From an uncultured Pseudomonadota bacterium (GTDB taxonomy: Bacteria > Pseudomonadota > Alphaproteobacteria > Rs-D84), in contig CACYHO010000001.1 in NCBI GenBank assembly GCA_902774285.1, positions 400,958 through 464,957 on the forward strand: a stretch of DNA of 64,000 nt, read 5' to 3'. This document shows, piece by piece, positions 57,224 to 64,000 of the stretch. A model generated the notes under the pieces. It had not been told where the DNA came from and ran no database searches. It worked only from the letters and a program-made list of their open reading frames with translations. The number at the start of each line of letters is the position of its first letter. Position 1 is the first letter of the stretch. The position numbers were made by a program, and so were the translations under genes.

Positions 57224-58231
57224 TTATTGCATAACTATCATGACAACTTTATGGAATGTTTTTCCTGTTATCTTTTCTTCAGGATTTGATACATGACCAA
57301 AAGTTTTGCCATGGCTATCTTGACGTACAACCACAATTTGTGCATCAACGATATCATCAGATGATAATTTTGTAAAATCTTCGTTTATGCATACAGCCAA
57401 ATCACCAACCTTTGGTTTTGTTGTAGCGTCTACGAAAACATAAGAAGATTCTGGTATGAAACCACCCAGTCTTTTTGAATTAGGAATAACAGCATATATT
57501 CCATTGCGGCCTTCTAATGTAGTAGGTGCAACAATCATTGTTTCGTCAGATTTCTTCAATTTGATGTTTTTGCCGGCAGGCTTACCGAAAACAGGAACCA
57601 ATTTTTTGCGTGCATTATCATACAATTGTGCACCGTAAAGACCACCATGAATATCCAAACCTGATATTGGGTTGACAGGTTCCAAAACAGATTTAACGCG
57701 TTCTTTGACTTTGTTAATTTGTTTTGTTAATTCACCAGCCTTATACAGTTTTGCGATTTCATCAAACAATTCAGATGCACTGTATCCAAAAGCATGAGCC
57801 AAAGTATCGATTTCGTTTTCATAAACTTCGCGTTGACCAACTTCGATTTTATGATAAACAGACAATGTCATTTTTGCATCTTTGGCGGCCTGAGCAATAG
57901 TTTTTTCTTTGCGTTGACGGATTTTGCGAAGTCCGGAACCGAATATTTTCAATCCGCTGTCTTCGTTGTCATTTAAACGGCGCTTGATTTCATTTTGCCA
58001 ATTTTGCGCGACAGAATCAGATTCGTGAATAAATATATCTGACAATTTGCAGCCCAATATTGTGCATACATTTAACAACTGTTTTTGATTAAGACGACGA
58101 ACGCCTTTTTCAATCTTTGATACAGCAGAAAGTGATAAATTAGCACGACGTGCCAATTCTGTCATTTTCATACCTTTGCTTGCACGAATATTGCGAATAT
58201 TATTTGGAAAAATGATTTCTTCTTGTGCCAT
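57224..58231 (-). CDS. Repressor-like protein with two XRE HTH domains and an S24-like C-terminal domain
   Basis: NNIRNIR...LARRANLSLSAVSKIEKG; LRKIR...AKMTLSVYHKIEVG; VPVFG...YVFVD..KPKVGD; RBS AAGGAG; TTGCCA-N17-TAATAT promoter. Confidence 0.75.
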   Translation of the reverse strand: MAQEEIIFPNNIRNIRASKGMKMTELARRANLSLSAVSKIEKGVRRLNQKQLLNVCTILGCKLSDIFIHESDSVAQNWQNEIKRRLNDNEDSGLKIFGSGLRKIRQRKEKTIAQAAKDAKMTLSVYHKIEVGQREVYENEIDTLAHAFGYSASELFDEIAKLYKAGELTKQINKVKERVKSVLEPVNPISGLDIHGGLYGAQLYDNARKKLVPVFGKPAGKNIKLKKSDETMIVAPTTLEGRNGIYAVIPNSKRLGGFIPESSYVFVDATTKPKVGDLAVCINEDFTKLSSDDIVDAQIVVVRQDSHGKTFGHVSNPEEKITGKTFHKVVMIVMQ

Positions 58232-58297
58232 GACCGGACTCCTTGATATCATGTTGACAAAATATTAGTCAATTTTTAAGGGCTTGGCAAGTAAAAA

Positions 58298-59845
58298 TTA
58301 AATCATATCATCAGGAATATCGTTAATGTCAGCAACTGTTTGGACATTTGTATCTGATACGGTCGCATACTGTTGATCATTATTGGCATCTGCGAAAGGT
58401 TGAACACCGTATTGATTAAGGTTATCAAACAAGTAATATTCACCAGTGAAGCTCAGGTGAACTGTTTCTGGTTTACCGTGACGGTTCTTTGCTATGATGA
58501 TGTCTGCTTTGTTGCGAACACTGTCTAAACGTTTTTGCCAATTCTGCATAGAGGTTTCTGATGCGGTGCCAGATAATTTTTTATCAGGGGAACGACCTTC
58601 AAGATAGTATTCTTCACGATATGTGAACATAACAATATCGGCATCTTGTTCGATAGATCCGGATTCACGCAAATCTGACAACACAGGTCTTTTATCATCA
58701 CGTTGTTCGACGCTTCGTGATAATTGGGACAGTGCGATAACAGGTACATCTAATTCTTTGGCCAATATCTTTAATCCACGGGTGATTTCTGATAATTCTT
58801 GCACGCGGTTATCATTGTGTTTACCACCAGGAGAAGTCATCAACTGTAAATAGTCGATAACAATCAAAGCCAAACCGCCGAATTGACGTGCGATACGACG
58901 TGCACGTGTTTTTATCGCGGCCACAGACATATTTGCAGTATCGTCAATAACAACAGGTACTTTCGAAAGGGCATCGCTGTATTGCGACATCTTTGTAAAA
59001 TCTTCATCTGTTAAATTACCATCACGCATGTGTGATGCAGGTATTTTTGATTGTGAAGATAATACACGTGCCGCCAATTGAGAATATGACATTTCAAGAC
59101 TGAAGAAAGCAACTGCGCCTTTGTATTGATTGTTTGCGCGGCCGTTTAAAATAGCATTTGCAGCATTGAAAGCGATATTCATTGCCAATGTTGTTTTACC
59201 CATACCTGGACGTCCAGCAATAATAATCAAATCAGAATGGTGCAGGCCGCTGATTGATTTATCTAAATCGTCTAACCCTGTGGTAAGACCAGACAATTTA
59301 CCATCGGCTTTGTATGCAACAGCTGCTTCTTGTAAAGCGCTTTGTAATGCATCTGCCAAAGATACTATATTGCGTTCGCTTTGACCCGTAGAAGCCAAAT
59401 TAAACAGTTTCTGTTCGGCAGATTCTATTTGATTATTTACGGTTTTATCCAAATCTTCGGTGTATGCATCATCGATAATGCTTTGACCCAATTGAATCAA
59501 ATCACGACGGCGCGCATTATCAAAAACAATACGTCCATAATGTTCAACATTGACAACAGTAGATCCCGCTGATGCTAATTTGGATAAATATTCAACACCG
59601 CCGACACTTTCCAATGTGCCTTGTTGTTCAAGGTATGTTTTTGCAGTGATTATATCAAAAGGGACCCCGACAGCAAACTGACGCATAGCCAAACGATAAA
59701 TTTCTTGGTGTGCTGGATGCGAAAAATGTTCTGGTAACAAAAAGTCTGATACAGATTCCAATGCGCGGTTGTTCATCAATACCGCGGCCAGCACAGCCTG
59801 TTCGGCTTCTAAATTAGTAGGTAAAGTTTTCGGAGTAAAGTCCAT
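58298..59845 (-). CDS. dnaB: Replicative DNA helicase
   Basis: EAEQAVL, AGRPGMGKT, IDYLQL, LSQLSR, DLRESGSIEQDAD; start 59845 or 59851. Confidence 0.96.
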   Translation of the reverse strand: MDFTPKTLPTNLEAEQAVLAAVLMNNRALESVSDFLLPEHFSHPAHQEIYRLAMRQFAVGVPFDIITAKTYLEQQGTLESVGGVEYLSKLASAGSTVVNVEHYGRIVFDNARRRDLIQLGQSIIDDAYTEDLDKTVNNQIESAEQKLFNLASTGQSERNIVSLADALQSALQEAAVAYKADGKLSGLTTGLDDLDKSISGLHHSDLIIIAGRPGMGKTTLAMNIAFNAANAILNGRANNQYKGAVAFFSLEMSYSQLAARVLSSQSKIPASHMRDGNLTDEDFTKMSQYSDALSKVPVVIDDTANMSVAAIKTRARRIARQFGGLALIVIDYLQLMTSPGGKHNDNRVQELSEITRGLKILAKELDVPVIALSQLSRSVEQRDDKRPVLSDLRESGSIEQDADIVMFTYREEYYLEGRSPDKKLSGTASETSMQNWQKRLDSVRNKADIIIAKNRHGKPETVHLSFTGEYYLFDNLNQYGVQPFADANNDQQYATVSDTNVQTVADINDIPDDMI

Positions 59846-60692
59846 GTCCATTAGATTAAACGAAAATTTTCAGAATTCAATACCTTTTTTACGTGGGTAT
59901 AAACAATTAAAAATACCTATCTTGGACAGTGCTGGAAATCCGGCCTGGCCAGAGATGTTCCCAATAGAAAAAGTACATGAATTAGAAGACATTGTGGGGC
60001 CGCGACATTTTTCTGCACAAATGATGCTGGAATATGTCGCACAAGAGCGCATTCATTTGGATCCGGGGGCATTGCATTTTTATGCAAGCGATTTTGATGT
60101 TTATAATAATCGAATCGGTGATAATAACATTACAGGTGTTGCTTTTTATTGGGATCCTTCAACTGGACAAAGAAATTGTGATGGCAGTGTTTGTGCACTG
60201 ATATATCGTGATGATAAAAACAGAAATGTTTTTGTTCATGATGTTTTGTATATGGAAGTCAGCGATGACGATATGCATCCGTTAAGTAATCAATGTGATT
60301 GCGTTCTGGATTTTATGCAAAAACACCATTTAACAAGAATCGGTATAGAAATAAATGGTATTGGAAATGCGTTACCCGAAATTATGCGTAATATCGCACA
60401 AAATCGTAATGTTCAAATAAACATTGCCCAAATTTCAAATCATACAAAAAAAGAAACACGAATTGTGAATGCTTTGGAACCACTGTTGTCCACAGGTCAT
60501 CTTTATATGCACGAAAAGATAAAACAAACAATGTTGTTATCAGAAATGTTGGCTTGGACGCCCGCGGGTTCCAAAGAACACGATGATGGACTGGACGCTG
60601 TTGCAGGCGCGATATCTATGATGCCTTTGCCGGTAAGAGTATACGGAAAATCATCACAACAAATTCAAGCAAATACAGAATTTAAAGTATAA
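59844..60692 (+). CDS. Large terminase, C-terminal nuclease half
   Basis: PFLRGY..L.IPILD..G.PAWPE.F linker; YWDPS, IEING, KKETRI, HDDGLDA (RNase H fold). Confidence 0.85.
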   Translation: MSIRLNENFQNSIPFLRGYKQLKIPILDSAGNPAWPEMFPIEKVHELEDIVGPRHFSAQMMLEYVAQERIHLDPGALHFYASDFDVYNNRIGDNNITGVAFYWDPSTGQRNCDGSVCALIYRDDKNRNVFVHDVLYMEVSDDDMHPLSNQCDCVLDFMQKHHLTRIGIEINGIGNALPEIMRNIAQNRNVQINIAQISNHTKKETRIVNALEPLLSTGHLYMHEKIKQTMLLSEMLAWTPAGSKEHDDGLDAVAGAISMMPLPVRVYGKSSQQIQANTEFKV

Positions 60693-60713
60693 CCAAACAA
60701 AAGGAATATCAAA

Positions 60714-61937
60714 ATGCAAAAAAATCTTATGCAATTATATAAACGCGCGTTAGACGAAAGAGAAATATGGTTGCCTCGTTGGAAGAACGCGATGCGTTAT
60801 ACAATACCAACAGACGATACAGAATCTGCTACTTTGTTTGATGCAACTGCTGCAGATGCAGTGGATAATTTAGCTGCATCAATGTATTCGTTATTAACAC
60901 CACCAGAATCTTTGTGGATAAACCTGGTTCGTGAAAGCGATTTGTCGCCTGATGCAGAAATTGCAACAGCGATGTTACGTGCTCATTTAAACGATTCTAA
61001 TTTTTATACAACTGTGCATCAATGTTATATTGATTTAGTTGTATTGGGAACTGCGTGTTTGTTCATGGCAGAAAATCCAATCGGTGCAGATTCCGCATTT
61101 TCTTTCACTGCGATACCAATGAAAGATATTGCTATATTGCCAGGTATGGTTTTTCACACTACATCATTGCCAGTATCTGATTTGATGGAAAAATATCCAG
61201 ACTTTGTTTTTCCAGCAAATATGCGTGATACTATAAAAACAAATCCTCAAACACCGATAAGATTGGTTCAGTCTTTAATCGGTAAAGATTTTACAGCGTG
61301 GGTTGATGTTGGCGGAGATATTGAAAATAACATTGTTGCACGTGGAACATTTGAAACCAATCCATATATCATATTCCGTTGGTCTTTGGTAAGTGGTGAA
61401 TTATACGGCCGTGGTCCAGTGTTGCGTGCGCTGCCCGATATTAAAACAGCAAACAAAGTTGTTGAATTAGTGTTGAAAAATGCAACTATCGCCGTAAGCG
61501 GTATATGGCAGGCTGATGATGATGGTGTTATCAATTTATCCAACATAAATTTGACGCCAGGTGCGATTATTCCAAAGGCTGTGGGCAGTTCTGGTTTAAC
61601 CCCGTTGCAAAGTGGTTCTGATTTTGATGTGTCTCAAATTGTTTTGCGTGATTTGCGCGATCGTATTCGTCACACATTGTTGGCAGACAGACTTGGGTTG
61701 CTTTCTGATAAAGAAATGACGGCAACTGAAATATTGGCGCGGAACAGTGATATGGTGCGCATACTTGGTGCAACATATGGTCGTTTACTACATGAATTTA
61801 TCAGGCCGTTATGTGAACGCGGATTGCAAATATTATCGCGTCGTGGATTGATAGATAAAATATCTTTGCACAGTGATGCAGAATTAAAATATATTGCACC
61901 CATTGCGCAAATGGCACGTGAAGAAATGTCTATATAA
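60714..61937 (+). CDS. Portal / head-tail connector protein (podoviral type, compact)
   Basis: FDATA..A.DNLA, DLVVLGTA, RW...GE.YGRGP..ALPDIKT.N, MTATEI. Confidence 0.9.
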   Translation: MQKNLMQLYKRALDEREIWLPRWKNAMRYTIPTDDTESATLFDATAADAVDNLAASMYSLLTPPESLWINLVRESDLSPDAEIATAMLRAHLNDSNFYTTVHQCYIDLVVLGTACLFMAENPIGADSAFSFTAIPMKDIAILPGMVFHTTSLPVSDLMEKYPDFVFPANMRDTIKTNPQTPIRLVQSLIGKDFTAWVDVGGDIENNIVARGTFETNPYIIFRWSLVSGELYGRGPVLRALPDIKTANKVVELVLKNATIAVSGIWQADDDGVINLSNINLTPGAIIPKAVGSSGLTPLQSGSDFDVSQIVLRDLRDRIRHTLLADRLGLLSDKEMTATEILARNSDMVRILGATYGRLLHEFIRPLCERGLQILSRRGLIDKISLHSDAELKYIAPIAQMAREEMSI

Positions 61938-61949
61938 AAGGTTAATACA

Positions 61950-62150
61950 ATGAACGATATTGAAAAACACTATGCACGCATTTTTAATACACCTTCTGGC
62001 AAACAAGTTTTAAAGCATTTGCGAAATATAACGATAGAACGCAATGTTGGACAAAACATATCAGATAATGATTTGCGTTGGTGGGCAGGTCAAATTGCAT
62101 TGGTTCATCAAATAGAGAACATTGTAAAAAGAGGTAATAATCCAACATAA
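61950..62150 (+). CDS. Small conserved phage protein following the portal (Bbp19-like)
   Basis: YARIFNTPSGKQVLKHL...GQ..LV..I. Confidence 0.7.
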   Translation: MNDIEKHYARIFNTPSGKQVLKHLRNITIERNVGQNISDNDLRWWAGQIALVHQIENIVKRGNNPT

Positions 62151-62181
62151 TATAGATTGTGGTAAATTATTAATAAACATT

Positions 62182-62442
62182 ATGACAAAACAGCAAAATA
62201 TATTTACATTTTTGGATGCGTTGCGAGACAGTTGGTTTTTGATAGTTTTTATTGCTGGCTTAATTTATTGGGTTGCGCGTCAAGATTCATCTTTGGCAGA
62301 AATAGAACGACAAGATCAACGTATAACATCTTTGGAAAACAGAACAACAATACTGGAATCTGGTATTGGTCAATTACAATTAAAAATTGACGGCATAAAA
62401 GAAGATGTGACTTTGATTAAAAGTGCAGTTATAAAAAATTAA
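62182..62442 (+). CDS. Single-TM coiled-coil protein
   Basis: WFLIVFIAGLIYWV then heptads. Confidence 0.55.
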   Translation: MTKQQNIFTFLDALRDSWFLIVFIAGLIYWVARQDSSLAEIERQDQRITSLENRTTILESGIGQLQLKIDGIKEDVTLIKSAVIKN

Positions 62443-62792
62443 ATGGCGTTTTTTGCCCAATATATTTTATGACCACAAACAACTATTACATCAAAACGCG
62501 CATCCCCCATCCAATGTTTGTTTATTAAGTAAGTTTCTGCGGCACGGCGCAAACGTGCAGATTGGTTTGATGTTATGGCTTCCCATGCCGCAGAAATATT
62601 TTTTCGTGCCTTAACTTCTACAAAAACAATAGTATTTTTATGTTGTGCAATAATATCAATTTCTGCGCGATTTGTATTTTTTCCAGTTATATATCTGCTT
62701 TTTAAAATACGGTACCCATGAAATCGCAAATACATACGTGCCAGAAATTCAGAATATAATCCAGTTGTATAAGATGTTTTATTAAAAAGCAT
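62439..62792 (-). CDS. yraN: YraN family (PD-D/ExK) protein
   Basis: GLYSE..A..YL, EIDIIA, VFVEVKAR, RFDVI. Confidence 0.9.
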   Translation of the reverse strand: MLFNKTSYTTGLYSEFLARMYLRFHGYRILKSRYITGKNTNRAEIDIIAQHKNTIVFVEVKARKNISAAWEAITSNQSARLRRAAETYLINKHWMGDARFDVIVVCGHKIYWAKNAI

Positions 62793-63558
62793 ATGGTTTT
62801 GCCTGGAAGTTTTCACGAGCTTTTTGAATGTTTTCAGAAGAATCTATCGCATTTAAACCGTTATCAACAAGAATCAATTGACCGTATAATGCCTGCATCA
62901 TTGGATCGTAAGCAAGTTCTGATGAAATCCATTTATCTTCGCCTGAATTTGGTGTGCCGTATTTATCAATAACACCTTGCCAGAAAGCCAACATTTTCTT
63001 TTCTCGTTGATTTTCGAATTTTTCACTTTCTCCTTCCATGGTGTCAACATCATTGTTATATACAACTTTCCATACAACATTATCTGTCGCGTTACTTGTA
63101 AAATAAATATCAACAGTTTCGCCTGTAAATGTGCGCTCAAGATGTATTTCAGACACATATAACAAACCACGACTTTGTGCCAATGAATTTATACATTTTT
63201 CCAATTGGTCTGGAACAAAAACATTATTCTGACGACATTCATAATCAAGATTATATTTCCATTCTTTGTTAATTGTGTAAATAACACTGTTTTTTTGACG
63301 TGGTGCGTAAAGACCGTTTCCATCTAAAAATAAATTGCTTACTTGATCATAATTCATTCCCAACATTACACCGGCAATATCAAACTGTTTTACATCAAGA
63401 GCGCCAGCACCAGGATTGAAAGATACTTGTTCTACATTCATATCACTGTCGATATCATCAACAATTGCAAACGCACCAAATGATAAATCATCGGCAAAAG
63501 ATATATCTGATGCAAACATTAATCCAAACAAAGATAATAAATATAATATTTTTTTCAT
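62782..63558 (-). CDS. Secreted hypothetical protein
   Basis: Signal peptide; FDIAGVMLGM motif. Confidence 0.65.
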   Translation of the reverse strand: MKKILYLLSLFGLMFASDISFADDLSFGAFAIVDDIDSDMNVEQVSFNPGAGALDVKQFDIAGVMLGMNYDQVSNLFLDGNGLYAPRQKNSVIYTINKEWKYNLDYECRQNNVFVPDQLEKCINSLAQSRGLLYVSEIHLERTFTGETVDIYFTSNATDNVVWKVVYNNDVDTMEGESEKFENQREKKMLAFWQGVIDKYGTPNSGEDKWISSELAYDPMMQALYGQLILVDNGLNAIDSSENIQKARENFQAKPYAF

Positions 63559-63559
63559 T

Positions 63560-64000
63560 TTATATTTCCTTGTTTCCTATATTAGTAACCCAGAAATCGA
63601 ATAATTCTACTGGATTTTTTCCTTGTTGTAAATGTTGTTGAATATCAATATCGTCACGTACGCCACGTTTAAAAAAAGCTTCTATGTAAAGTGTACCTTG
63701 ATCTATTTCTGGTGTGCTGCCCATTTTATTTGGTTCTGTCCATGTTTTAGTATAATAGCGAACAGCATAATATAACTGTGTATAGTTCCCATCGTTATAA
63801 TTATATTCAACAGGTTTATTCAAAGTTGTTATACCATCATCTGGAACATAAACCATACGGAACATATTTCTTGAAGACATTTGTTCGATATTTTTTGCTT
63901 CACCATTTAACCATTGTTTATAGGCTTTTGTTGTTGATAACCCGTATAATACAGAATTTTGAACATTTGTTTCGCCTGGAATAACTTTGAAATATTCAGA
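63560..64000 (-). CDS. Hypothetical protein, 5' truncated by window edge
   Basis: The frame of the 63560-63880 ORF stays open to position 64000. Confidence 0.6.
   Translation of the reverse strand, partial: SEYFKVIPGETNVQNSVLYGLSTTKAYKQWLNGEAKNIEQMSSRNMFRMVYVPDDGITTLNKPVEYNYNDGNYTQLYYAVRYYTKTWTEPNKMGSTPEIDQGTLYIEAFFKRGVRDDIDIQQHLQQGKNPVELFDFWVTNIGNKEI

Noticed and set aside
49623-62442. Intact inducible prophage
   Set aside because: No integrase, att repeats, phage replication genes or complete tail/ejection set; TerL is split and chromosomal-type dnaB is embedded
49623-62442. Diversity-generating retroelement, as in BPP-1
   Set aside because: No reverse transcriptase ORF and no template/variable repeat pair seen in the window
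379-63984. Numerous 60-230 aa ORFs antisense or out of frame to real genes (e.g. 2524-3066, 13174-13713, 32147-32764, 35641-36339, 43780-44469)
   Set aside because: Shadow frames of recognisable genes with no motifs or RBS
1-64000. Alternative genetic code
   Set aside because: Conserved genes are full length and uninterrupted under code 11 and end at TAA/TAG/TGA where expected
1-64000. rRNA genes or insertion-sequence transposases
   Set aside because: None recognised; the only recombinase is the invertase at 33358-33948

Overview
AT-rich chromosomal window from an alphaproteobacterium. ParC, DnaB, LpxI, HolA and the XRE regulator all have alphaproteobacterial-type sequences. The style suggests a host-associated lineage such as Rs-D84/Ca. 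Enterousia, which is inference. Genes read in standard code 11. Housekeeping genes include metK, nrdD/nrdG, rpmB, clpB, rpsU, parC, rpmG, lptE, holA, map, radC, zapA, gap, miaA, priA, lpxI, birA, dnaB and yraN, plus 5 tRNAs. The main candidate system is a BPP-1/T7-like podoviral head-tail gene set at 49.8-62.4 kb. It has no integrase or phage replication module and is interlocked with chromosomal dnaB. Its large terminase is split at the ATPase/nuclease boundary into two intact ORFs. Two unlinked MuF-domain peptidoglycan hydrolases at 22.1 kb and 25.4-26.0 kb share a promoter-plus-terminator leader. One of them starts with a motif resembling the C-terminus of the cluster's scaffold protein. 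Secreted candidate immunity proteins lie next to them. Together this suggests a domesticated GTA-like or cargo-loading virion-like particle (inference). Other notable items are a Hin-like invertase with hix-like inverted sites that flip the -35 box of a trimeric autotransporter adhesin promoter, and an operon of a zeta-toxin-like kinase with five ACP-like domains. The window also holds a four-segment attenuator, an anti-SD-loop sRNA candidate, a cassette-like accessory array behind tRNA-Glu, and two tRNA-derived relics.
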